From NCBI GenBank assembly GCA_040954595.2, contig CM082576.2:14635129-14699128 (forward strand): a DNA stretch of 64,000 bases. Reading direction: 5' to 3'. Positions 48,850 through 61,810 of this stretch are shown here, in pieces (the first letter of the stretch is position 1; every line of letters begins with the position of its first letter). Under the pieces are notes generated by a model. The model was not told where the DNA came from, ran no database searches, and was given only the letters and a program-made list of their open reading frames with translations. A program made the position numbers and the translations under genes. This stretch comes from Balanoglossus misakiensis. Taxonomy: Eukaryota > Animalia > Hemichordata.

Positions 48850-49736
48850 GACTGTGGTTATTCGTAGCAATAAATTTCAAATATGTATACCACACACACC
48901 TTCCATCCCACTTGTAGACATCAGAGTGAAAAAATCGCCAAAATGAATAATCGGTCTCTACCATTTATTCATTTTGGCGAGATTTTGACTCTCATATCCA
49001 ACAAACTGAATGGAAGTTTTGTGTGGTTGAACATTGATTTACTATATATCCACATGTAGAATAACATAAGCGGTGTCTTGTATCAAACTTAATTAATACA
49101 AAAGGGCAGCAAGAGAGAGACTTTGTCCCTTTAAAGAAAGGAATATTCAATATGTGATGCAATTAAAGTATTAGACCAATGAACAATGGAATGTACTATA
49201 AATCAACAATGGGGAACTGCCAAACCAAACCATTTGTTAACTTCGTCAGCATCTTTTCTTTCGGAAAAAAAACTTTGTAAAGGAAGCTTTACAAAATTAA
49301 TACTGACCCAAGGAAGAAATTTACTTGAGAGAATTTTAGAGACAAATGCCCAATCACAGCTATGCAATGGCACTAAGCTGTCAACCGATGAAGGTCCCTA
49401 TGAAGAAGCCGGCCAATTTTCTTCAGAAAGCACTCGAGAAATCCCCCTGATTTTATTTTACAGTGGCTTCTAAATGTTTTAATTACTGCCACAAAAATGT
49501 TGGAGACTTCGAAAGAGCACTGCGAGTTAATAACAATGCTGCAGCACAAGATCCATACAATCCACACCTCACGTATAACCACGGGTGACAACGAAAATGA
49601 ACGTTGGTGGCGTCGCCTTTACTTAGTATTATTGTTCCATGACGCCCGTGGAATTACATACATGGCCAAATACTGCCACAATCTGATAGAAAGTAATCAC
49701 CAGTGGATTTTGATTCTGTATAGGCGCACGCGCGCG

Positions 49737-49740
49737 CACA

Positions 49741-49822
<82 letters not shown>

Positions 49823-49989
49823 TACATACATACAGTCATGCATACATACATACATACATACATACATACATACATACATACATACATACATACATACATA
49901 CATACATACATACATACATACATACATACATACATACATACATACATACATACAGACAGACAGACAGACAGACAGACAGAGGGACAGAC
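49737..49989. repeat. (CA)n(CATA)n(CAGA)n compound microsatellite downstream of the lectin gene
   Basis: Direct reading. Confidence 0.97.
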
Positions 49990-50103
49990 TCGTTCTAAAA
50001 TTCTGATGCAAGATCATGTTTTATTGCTTACTGAAATTCTACTTTCAACAGATATTTGCAATATCACCAAATGGTGACAAACCGACTCAATATTAGTTGT
50101 ACA

Positions 50104-53100
50104 TTATTCACATGCATACACTTCAACTCGCATGGAAATGTGACTGTGCCACGTCATCGGGTAAAATCTAACGTACTGAGCGATGAAGGCGCTGCTGAAG
50201 AACTCGTGGTAGACAATTGTGTCCCTGTTATAGTTCCCAGAAAACAACTGTAATGAAGAATAACATTTAACACTTAGTCATGTTAACATGCACATTTTAT
50301 TGTGAAGATAGCTGCTTGGTGACCAATAATTTTATTTATTCTAGTCTAGTTAGTCACAAGAAGATACCAGAGAGAGAAAAAAACATGAGTGTTTTTGTCT
50401 GTGTCGAAAACACGTGTAGGAAACAAATGTCGTTTTCGATCAATTATATATTCCAAAATTAAACAAACTAAGGCTAATACATGGGTATAAAGAACACATT
50501 AACATGTTCTGCAAAATCGTGGCATAGCTGGACGAATGCAGATGTACAAAATTATACTAGTTGCCTTGAGTTGCGATTGATATAGGCCTACACGCGGCCT
50601 GTGTTTCCATTGCGTCCGGCAATGCGTGATCGATCGTTCAATATTTCGTGTCGTAGATAAAGGATGTGGTTTATCATTGGAATCGTACCTTTTCATTGCC
50701 CGTAGAATCAGTCACATATTTCCAAATCGAGTCGTCGATGTATCGTAACTTGTAGGATTTTACCCATTCATCCTTATCACCACGTCCCTGGACAAAATAT
50801 AATAAATACGCTATTTTTAAAGGAATATCGAAATTATTTGTAAAGTGACACTTATTCCACCCCAATGGCAAATGCAGCAAGGCACACAATCAGCTACTAC
50901 GTGGGCTCCGAAAAACGCAAAGAAATGGGGACCATATAGAGAAGTTTCATTACCTGCGTCGCCACTTTGACAACCTTCCTGATACGTCCGAGGTCTATTT
51001 GCAACCATTGTCCGACTGCGTTAGTTCTTGAAGACCAAGCATGAAACCGCTCGTCTTGATGAAAATTTAGTCTTCCCCGGTAAGGCACGTGGCTTGCATC
51101 GTAATAGCTACTGGCAGTCATCTGTGAGTTTGGAATGGCACCACTCTCAACACCGACGTCGGTAATTTTACACACTGCACAGACAAAAAAACAATCCTTG
51201 GACATATTGGGTTGTTTTTCCTGTAACCTCAAAATTTCACGCCTTCCCCAAGGTGTACACCAGGTACATTTTGCACAGTTATCCTGCCTAATCAACAAGA
51301 TCAGTCGAGACTTCGATTATGTTTAGCAGACGGTCAGGTTATTTGGATGAATCTGGTCTCATATTTCGGTATCAAAACAGTACTTATTCCCCGGACACAT
51401 ACAATGCGGACGTTTCCCACCCTCATGTCAGATCTGGGACAGGCTGGATCTGGGATAAGAAAAAGGGTTTTGGTGTCCGGGATGTGGGTTTTCATAAAGG
51501 CGGCAAAAGCCCTAAAATGACGTATTTTATGGCAATTTCTTTTCCTGGCATTGTACCTAACGTTTAGCAGCAAATCCCGTCGAGCTACAAAGCCTAACCA
51601 TACCCAACACAATCATTGACGTACTTACATGTATCCTTATCACAAATGAATCCCATTTTTCTTGTGCAGGGTATGTCATTCCAGTTTGCATTCCAAGTTT
51701 TGTACAAATGGGCACAGTGTTCGTTGTTTCCGGCATTATCCGGTTGTCCAGGGTGCCAATGAGAATATGTTACCTGTTGGAAACACAGGCAGGTATGTAA
51801 ATGCAGCATGTCGTCATTAAACACTAAAGTATCTAAAGTCAATTGACCAAAACTTTAACAAGAATCATATCCCGAGTCCTGCGTCACGGAGGACCTGCAG
51901 GCGGTGAACGATATTTAGTGCGCAATCGTCTATCAGCATCGCGAAACCGTGGTGACTGTCGTAGTTTTGTGATACAATGTGATATAAAATCGTTGGTTTG
52001 AGTCGCTAAAACCGTTGAATGTGGCCCTATTACTTGACTGACTTCTGAGTGTTGATATATTGCTTCGGTACTGTGAAAATAAGTTTTTTTGTGTAACGTA
52101 TACATGTATGCTAAACATTTTAATGATAAGCACATGTATGTAATAATGCGAGCAAATGTTCGCCTCATTATGCTGGTTCAAATAATGTAAAGACTTACAG
52201 GAGTTCCGTCTTCCCACTTCCATCTTCCTTCATGTTCAAGGTCGGTTGCTCCAATCCACAGATTTCTGTTCAATAGCGTATACCCTAGGAAAATGAGAAA
52301 TCGACAAAGAGAACTTACTTTATATCCATTGAAATGTTTCTGAAATGCCTCAGCTCAAATACTGGCATAAAATATTACGAAACGTTTCAGATTTGAGACG
52401 GTTTTTCCTGGCAGACCTGAGCCTGTGTAATTAATACCCATCCGCAACACGCTCTCTATGGGACCTGGCGTCAACCTTCTGTATGAGGGACTCAAGTCGA
52501 CTCATCAAATTATCAATCCTCTGTCGGTCTGGTCAATAACGTGTACCCCGGGAGTATCAGAAATCGACTTAAAACGTACTTTATAAAATTCAGTCCGCTC
52601 AATCTATTTCGAGATGTTATTCGCGCGATGTTGACAGTGAACATATGTTGTACAAAATGATCCCACCTTTCAAATAGAGGTGTTCTTGATCGCTGTTTAT
52701 CTTAACCAACATTCCACCGAGACCAGCACAAACCGTCCTTGCCTCTTGGTATGTGTAAATTTCTTCTCTGAACACGTAGTAGCATTTGCCTTTGAAATGA
52801 TGCCATTCATCTTCACAAACTGTAATGTTGACATCAAGTACAAATAAAGATAATTTTGCATTCATGCAAAAAAATCGTCGACCGACACATGAAATAAGCC
52901 GGACAGTGGCAGACAACAAGAAATTCACGATTATACGCGATATGACGTTTGATCGCGTTCGATTTAAAGTGTAACACATTCCGACCTGTGGGAAATTGCG
53001 GAATACGAGACAAAAATGTATCTCCTGTCTCAGTGTATACTTACGGTGTTGCTGAAAGTGGCCGTTGCATGTTGGAAGCTCCAACAAAGTATGCACACAA

Positions 53101-53135
53101 AGGAGAATTACAACGATCAATTTTCTTTGAAGCAT
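50104..53135 (-). CDS. Secreted C-type lectin domain + F5/8 type C (discoidin) domain protein, 7 exons, 312 aa
   Basis: Exons 53045-53135 (signal peptide), 52667-52819, 52199-52284, 51629-51773, 50954-51174, 50689-50787, 50104-50247 total 939 nt. CTLD: CEDEW..FKGKCYY, WIGATD..EG.WKWEDG, WHPGQPDN...EHC...WNDIPC...FIC. FA58C: IPNSQMTASS, WLQIDLG, VATQG, YVRFYPMTWHSHISMRVEVYAC. Confidence 0.9.
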
Positions 53136-56100
53136 TGTCGAGACTCTCTGGAATAGTCGCACAGTCGTAACCACGCTCGCGGACTCTCTGCGAAGACTTT
53201 CCAACTGATCTTTTGTCTGTCAGTTGTGTTTTTATAAGAATTCAGTCGTTTTAATGACAGAAAACAGTTAGAAATTTTAATATGAATAACAAGGCAAGCC
53301 AACATTTGATGTGTACTTTTAGATTTTCATGCTTGAGTTAATGTAGCTATAGCCCGACAAAATTCCTTAAACACCAGTGTGGTGGGCAGAGAGTAAACAG
53401 ATAAATCGAAATCATTAGGGTATGAATAATCTTTGAAAGTGCATGTTCTATATGTCACACCCTTAAATATTCCACTGTATAAATAACAAGTGACTTGACA
53501 GGTGGTCTAACGCACAGGTTGGCCGGTTTTCGACTTCCAAAACAAATATCTTTCTCCATTCTTCATTTCGGTGAACACAGCAACATATTTGTGATTAATG
53601 GGTTGTGCTTTGATCCGAGGTACAACCGCACTCGCGTTTGAAAGACAGAATTTCAGAAACACAAGCGTTCGTACGAGAGGGGAGGGGTCATTGGACGTCG
53701 TTAAGAAAATGCAACTGATGCAAATACATGCCAGGCCAACTGAAATCTTGTTTGTTCTTCCCCTACCGTTTTCCAAAGTTCATCAAACGATTTCTTTCGG
53801 CTTTCTGCCCATGCACCTTTTGATACCAACTTTATGATAGCATGTCACCTGACAATGGCAGCTGGATAGAAGAATCGCAAAGAAGACTGTGATTTTGGGA
53901 AGGTGAATATGTCATATTCACTCTTCTGTGACAAGATCGCTATTCTCCACTCATACATTACATTTGACTCTATGCCAGCGCACGTGATCATCATCCTGAA
54001 ACCCACGAACGGCATTTCACCCGATGTGCTACGTAAGCAACGAGTCATCAATGGCTACCTCGGCATCCATGCAGCAATATAAAAAAACACACAACATCTG
54101 TTAGAAATTGCGGGGAGGGGGGGGGGGCTTATGTTACTCAGAACCACAGTAATATGGTTTCTTTCGTTTCAGTTTCGAAAACTCTAATTCACTGGATTTT
54201 ATTTCCTTATAAAAATTCTGCCCTCGGCAACAACAAAATCTGGTTCGATTTATCCGGTGAAAAGTAACATGTCAGTAGGGGGTTGGGGAGTTTGGGCATT
54301 CGTGTTTTTAGGCTTCGCTGGTAATAAAATGAACAAGAAGATAACAACAATCCAACAGCTTCTCGTTTTCGACTGTGTTATACCCTTGGTCATACGATTT
54401 AAAGCTCCACTATCTGTACATTTTGTTTTTGTGTTATTTCAGCATTTTCGTTCTGTGTGTCAACCGGGTTTACCGCTTCTGTTCCCTAAAGCAGATTTCT
54501 AATATTCATCTTTTCACTACAGTCCATTTTGTTCAAAATCTGTATTCAGGTCAGGGCTTAATGCATGTGTCCAAAATAACAATGGTCTGTTCACATGTGT
54601 ATGATTTACTGACGAGCTGAAAACTGCATTTTGGTATAATGTAGTAAAGACAGAAAGACATTGTAGTTGATACATAAAAGTAGTCATTTTGAGAGAAAAA
54701 ATAACCAGCTGTTACAGGTCATGGACCTTTAACATTAACTTAACAGAAAATGCTTATAGCATTTTGTTTGTCAATGAAGCCTGCCAATATAAATACATAT
54801 ACATGTATATGTTAGCGTGAAAAATTGGGTGTGGTAATTTATTGAAGTTGGGGACCGTTAGTCAAAAATTGCATCCGTATACAATTTTGTTCTGTGTTTG
54901 TAAAAGGTAATTGAATTTCCCTTTAAAATGTCATATATTCCTGTTAACAATATGAATGTGAATAAATCACTCTCCAGGTGCCAAAAAACAACCAAGAAAA
55001 GTCATAAAACATTTGTAAACTATCAAAGCTATCCCTGACAATGTTTTCTGTCACAGTTTTATCGCGGCGCCTTATCGGGGTTTATTTAGGCAATAATATT
55101 TCAGGCCTTGCCTGTCAACACTAAAAGAGACTCACGGAATTATGGGATGGCACCACGTTACATATAGAGTCAGTTTAACGAGCACTAAATAATAAACCCA
55201 CTTGGGTTGTGGGAAATGGCACAACAATCTCTTTCTGAGTCAGGGACTCAGTAAAAAATAAATCCATATCCTCTAGCCCCCCCCCCCCCCCAATCAATCA
55301 TTTCTTCCCTAACCAGCGACTTGGAGGATTTCAAGCTGCCATTTGTTCGCCTGCTGCCGTTCAGTGTGGCCAAGTAGCTGAGAATGTTCATTGAGTGAAT
55401 AATGTGTCTAGTTTACAGATCGACAGTGAGTCCATTTCTAAGGAGAATATAGATAGACAGACATGCAGGCACACAGACAGACAGACAAGCAGACAGACAA
55501 ACAGACAGATCACTGCTACTTTATTGATGCTTGGTGTAAAATATTTTAATACATTTATTGTTTGTGGCATTTTGCTCCACAAAATATATTCCACACAATA
55601 TAAAGTGGACTTTTAGACAAGGACTTTAAAGGTGCAATTTTCAATCCCTGGTTCTCGCATTAACTCTTGTTGACATTGAATGTATATGTGGTGTAACCCT
55701 TTCGCTTTCCATTGAAATCTTTATCAAGTTTCAACAACTTTGTTAGTTGAAGTTAAAAGCCTGAAATGACTGTCACAATAAGTTACCTTAGAACTGATTG
55801 TGTGTGGTAGAACAAAAGACTGGTCATTTGTAAGTGGATACAGATTATGGGCAACGATGTTGGAAGTGACAAGTTGTCCAACTTTCTGGACATGTCATTT
55901 CCTCCCCCACCCCCACCCGCCCTCTGCGCAAACATGATAATGGGCAAATTAGAACAACTTACATTTTACAGTATTCGAACTCGGACTCAAGAAACGTACC
56001 CTTTCAAGGTCAACACACTTGGAAATATTCTCGCCTTCTCAAGTCAGAATGCTTTAGTTTCGGGCGCGAGTTACACTTTTAATTAAACATGACCAAACAT

Positions 56101-57884
56101 TGTGCCTATCGCTCAACAAACCTTCCACACAGTCCCTCTGTATGGACCAATTTTGTTCACCAGAATCGTTATCATGTCAGTATTTTACGCGATTCGAATT
56201 CAGACTTACCTTATTGAAGAAAGCCAAAACACACTACTCAGTCAGATCCCACCTCCAAGAAACGCAGCTGAGATATCGCAGCCTTCTTCTGGGCTTGGGT
56301 GGTTTTTATTGCAAGTGGTCTGAATATGTAATTTGCATGCGTAATTGATGCTTACGAAATCGATAAATTATCCCTCTACTTCTTGTCATCGTTTGATCCA
56401 ATAGCAACGTTAACACATTGGCACTCATGAACTACTTTAACCCTTTCACCCCCAGTTCCCTCAAGAGGTCCATTTTACCATATAAACAATGGATTTGGAT
56501 CAAACCATGGTAGTGAAGGGGTTAAATGAAACCTTACGTAGGTAGGACACTGTATAACGTGTTTTATTGTCTCATTGTAAAACCCTATTTGCCGTTTCCA
56601 TTTTCCTTGGCCAGACAATTTGAGTGTGGGCTGACCAAGTAAGATGATTTCAGGTTAAAATAAAGTATATCCGTATTATGGTTTGGCGTAGAGTTTTGTT
56701 GGTTTGTTTGTTTGTTTGTTTTTAAGGGGGTTGGATTATAGTTTAAATATGTTGTGTAAATTACACGTTACTATTACAGTGCTATTAATAAGGGTGACTT
56801 GACAATCACACGATAGGAGGCTGACTGGTTATACGGATCAGATGGAGACTTTGCGCCGTTCATGTTAAGTCTCAAGTGATCTACAAGAGTAGTTTATGAT
56901 ATCAAAATACTTATAGTACTTCTGAATAAGTATGAACCCATTTTATGTTCTTGCTTTGCCTTGGTTGATGATTGTCTGCAGGCACCACTGGAGGATTTTG
57001 TCGTGAAACAATTTACGGGAACCACTTGGAGTACTGTGTGAAAATGTGAAAGGTTTATTTTTCGTGTCGCTCTGTGAAGAAGTCGACAGCGGTAAACAAC
57101 GCAACGGTTTCTTCACTGCAGAATTGCTGAGTATGATGTTCTAAACCACCCCTTCTTACCATTTTCTCTGTTGTGAAAACTGTGCAATATTAGCACAAAT
57201 ATGCACCCAAAATTACGTGCGAGCTTTTCTTCCGTATTTGTACTGCTGGAACATCGACTGTTGTCTTCCCTTGGAGAATATGACATGGCAGGAGGTCAGG
57301 CACTATACTATTCTTTCAAAATGAGCCTGTGGTTGTTGAAAACAATATTCATTATGTTCAATCGCAGAACGTTTTCGCCAAATTTCGGCCGAATGCCCCG
57401 AAGTTTTAGGGGCAGCTAGGGAATCTTGCTGACACTTGTGCGTGCGCACATCTTCTATGTGAACGACTTTCAAAATTGGAACGTACGGGTGTTTGGAGTT
57501 GTCATGATGAGCGGGAAGACGGTATACGGGATTTAATGGGGTCCACTGGGCGAGTTAGGTAAAAGGGGCGTCGATCGATGAATCAATCAATCAATGCTCT
57601 CTTTTCCCGACTTAGGCATTGACTGTATACATTTTTTTTATACGAGAGTCTCTGGTTTGGCACATGCGCATAAGGTTTTACCCAAGATGGCCGCCGCATA
57701 CTCAATTTTACATATTTTAGAATATTGTAATTTTCTTGTTTTTAAACATGTTGTATATCAATACCCGGTATGTAACAGACGGAGTCATCTGATAACCAAA
57801 ACAATAACGCCATATGTCTTAGATATTAGTTTAATCATGTTATCTGCTCAATCTTATTCTACAGGCGAGCGAGTTGCTTTAACA

Positions 57885-60800
57885 ATGGAGACAAGACGAG
57901 CAGGTATGTTAACTTTTTAGAAGACGAAGTTTCAAGTTAAACTATTTACGTTGGAGCGTACGTACGTACATGTACATGCATAAATTAATACAAGCTTAAT
58001 TTTGAGAGTTTTTGCTTTAACTTGTAGTTAGCCCACAATCATTGTCCGACATTTAATATTATTTAGTGTAAGCTCCACATCGCCATAAAACTGAGAAAAA
58101 CATAATGATATAGGCCCCTAGGCCTAAGATGGTTCGATGAGATTCTGTTCGCTTGCCAAGAGAGTCCACCCCATCAGTTGCAGTAAATATTTACAAAAGA
58201 ACTTCAAACTTCTGTAAGTATGTATTGCGATAGTTGTACTATTGTACGTACGTGTTGCTGCGAATTCAGAACGCCAAATAATTGTAACAAATTTTCAAAG
58301 ATAATCCGACGGGAGTAGTAATGTACTTCCCTCTCTTATGCAGTGTACTTTTCTAAGCCTATGCCACAATTGTGAACACGACAGATTATTGGTAGAAATA
58401 CACTTTTTGAATTAAAAAGGCTTTTTATGTAAAGCATTGCGTGTTTTAGGATTCTCATATTTTGTATCGACTGTGTATATGCCGCCATCAACAATCTTCG
58501 CAAGGAGCATTTTCTTTATTAATCCGATTTCATCAATCGTAGGAAATTCTCGACATCGACAATGCTCAGAATCATTTCTGATTTCAAGGAATTTGAAGAT
58601 ACATTGGTATTTCTTTCGGCATTTCATAGAAACACGCTGTCGTCCAGCATGCAACATCTGTTTCTTGATGAACTAATCTGCTTACACGCAACGAGAGACA
58701 CAAAAATATACGTTCTATAAAATGTTGACCATACCCATCACTTGCATTTAAAATAATCAATTGAAAATCATGATTATTTCCAATTTTTTAATTATGCTGT
58801 ATATTAACGACAAACGACAAGAAATAATTGAAAATTATAATCATTTCTTAATTTTATTTATGCTGTATATTAATGTATCTAACGAAACAACAACAAAAAT
58901 AAAGACTGAGAAAACAGGGTCTTCCCATTATACTTTTTTTATTAGTAGGTCTAAAATATTGTGGAAAATGCTGAGATTAATATTAATATTATTTTATCTT
59001 ATTAGATAGATCGGTTGTCCGGATACACTTTATTTTGCTCTTTCGCGATGGGCCACGTGTTGTTCTTCCTGTTTAACATTATAAAATGTCCTCCCATGCA
59101 TATAAGTCTGGTCACTCACGATCTCGTAGGGCACTCGGAAAATAATGTTTGGGGTTCTGAATTTAAAAGCGTAATCACGATTTGGGCCCTCTATGTTTGC
59201 CTTTTTTCACAATGCTATTTTTATTTCCTTTCAACAGCCGGGCGTCTGCGTGGTATTTTCACATGCTGCTTGCTGTCAGCATTGTTCTTGTGCTTTTTGC
59301 TTGGCTACATCTCGAATAGAAACTCGAGACCGTTTCCTGCCTCTGTTAAGTGGTAAGTTCCCACCCATTTTTTTTGTTCACTACCAGCGTCAAAATCACT
59401 TTCTTCGGAGCGTTCCAACACTTACAGACTAGTTGTATCGTCAAAGTGAAAAATGAATATTTTGAGAATGTGTGAATGCTCCAGAACTTTAGCCGATATC
59501 CTGAATGTTTAGCCCGTCAAACTGTATTGTTTTGAGTTTGTGTAAGGATACGACTTACAAAACAAACGCGTTCGGAGTTGTCGTTTTCTGTCAATAATCG
59601 AACTCCTAAAACTCTCCCGAAAGTATAGTCTTGAAGGCTCATGAGCTGCAACTACAGATAAAACATAAGCTTTAATTAATCCCAGATATGCTTTTATAAT
59701 GTTAATTAAATGATATTGCATGATAGTATATCAAAATCAACACATATTTATGACACAATTGCAAAAATATTAAAGAAAGTCGAAAATTCCCACAAATTTT
59801 AAAAAGTGCAATGAAAAATGAAAATGTAATGTCTCAGCGGAGAACATTTCCTTCTATGAGTTCTAGTGCCGGATGAGATTATCTTTTGTTTAAGAACTTT
59901 CATGGTCAGAAATGCAATGTCTTCATTGTTTTTTTTTATTTTCCCACGGTGGCGGCCATATTCCTTTGCGGCAAAGCTTAATTATTTATCTAGTGTTAAA
60001 ACTTGCATATGCACTCATACTATGGGTTTATAATACCTGTAGATAAGTTCAGTGCATAGTACAGTTTGAAAAAAAAGATAATTATTCCAAAAGTTGCAAC
60101 TTAGGTGCCATTAATGTCCAGATAGAGAGGGAGCACAGTTCGCAATCTTAACTTAAAGCGCCTAACTCGTCTTACACGCATGTTCCAGCTGTAGCCGCTG
60201 GTTACAGACGTTTAGTGAACAGTCAATCCCATAAGGCAGTGCTCTGTCCTAACAACACAAAAGATGGCGGCGACCATAATCTGTGTCGGAGATCGTGAAA
60301 AGACACTAGCTTGGGTGAAAAGGAGGGACAAAACCAGAATCTACTTATACGGTGCGCATGAAATATGGAAGGAAGCGAAGGCAGTCCACTATTTGAATGC
60401 ATAGAACGGAAAATTTGCTGGGAAGTTACGCGCATGCGCGTGAGACGATCTATCGCCTTTAAAAGTCGAGATGGAATATGCACATCTCCTTGTTTGCCTA
60501 TTTGTCTTTGACATATGACGTTTAATACGTGACATGTATCTTCTTTAATCAGGCTGACGGTAACCAAAGCCACGCCAAAGCAATTGGCGGGCAGAAGTGA
60601 CGATCGCCTCGAAAGCCAAGTCCGACATCTTCCTGGCAGAACTTGTCGACCTTATTCTAATTACATTTTTATCAAAATACCAAAAACCGGAAGCAGCAGT
60701 TTGGGTAATGTTTTATTCATGTACGGAATGAAACACAATCTCGTGGCTGCAATCGCTCCGGGGGCACACGTTACAATCAGGATACACAATGCGGAGGACC

Positions 60801-61579
60801 CCAGTATGATGGTGGAGGTGACAAGATATAACTGCAGCTCGTTCCCAGGTTACAACTATATGGCCATGCATGTGACATACAAACGCTTTGCCATGGACGC
60901 CCTTATCCCCAAACCGAAATACTTGACTATCATCAGAAATCCCTACGACCATGTCCGAGCATGTTTTAATGGAGAAGGGGTGTTTAGCGAGATGGCCCGA
61001 GAACACACTTTTGAAAGTTTCCTTCATGACTACTATTTGAAGAACAAAGCCGACCTGGACAGTGGTTGTCCCAAAACCATGACACTACTAAGCCAGACCA
61101 GGTATTTTGGGCTTGGACAGGTCAGTAACTGTCCAAAAAATACTGTTTTAAGACGCGCTTTGGAACGACTAGATTCGGAGATTGATTTGGTGATGATCCA
61201 TGAGTATTACGACGAGTCAATGGTTCTCTTGAGAAAACTGATGTGTTGGGATTTCATCGATGTCGTGTATAATTGGACAAAGTTCCATCCTTACAAACGC
61301 TCACCACTGGATGATACGATGAAGGAAGTAATCAGAAAAACCAATGTAATGGACATGGAGTTGTATGATTATTTTAATCGCTCTTTCTGGAGGAAAATTG
61401 AAGACTATGATGGGGATTTTGCCAAAGATCTTGAAACTTTCCGTCGAGTGAAAAATGAGACACACACTAAATGTATGGAGGAGAAATCAGCATCTACGTA
61501 TTGCATACGCTTGATGAAAATGATAGATACCTCATTACAACGCGAGATATATGTGGATCAAATGAAATGGATGTGCTAG
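57885..61579 (+). CDS. Galactose-3-O-sulfotransferase-like protein, copy B, 386 aa
   Basis: Exons 57885-57903 (METRRA), 59238-59352 (anchor RGIFTCCLLSALFLCFLLGYIS) and 60553-61579. Same exon structure as copy A; about 91% identical in the catalytic exon. Confidence 0.88.
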
Positions 61580-61590
61580 TCTGTGTGCTA

Positions 61591-61591
<1 letters not shown>

Positions 61592-61628
<37 letters not shown>

Positions 61629-61810
61629 ATGTATGTATGTATGTATGTATGTATGTATGTATCTATGTATCTATGTATCTATGTATCTATGTATCTATGT
61701 ATCTATGTATCTATGTATCTATGTATCTATGTATGTATCTATGTTTCGAGTAGGGTAGTGTGTGTATGTATGTATGTACGTACGTACGTACGTACGTATG
61801 TATGTATGTA
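61592..61810. repeat. (TCTG)n(TATG)n(TATCTATG)n compound microsatellite after the GAL3ST-B stop
   Basis: Direct reading. Confidence 0.95.
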
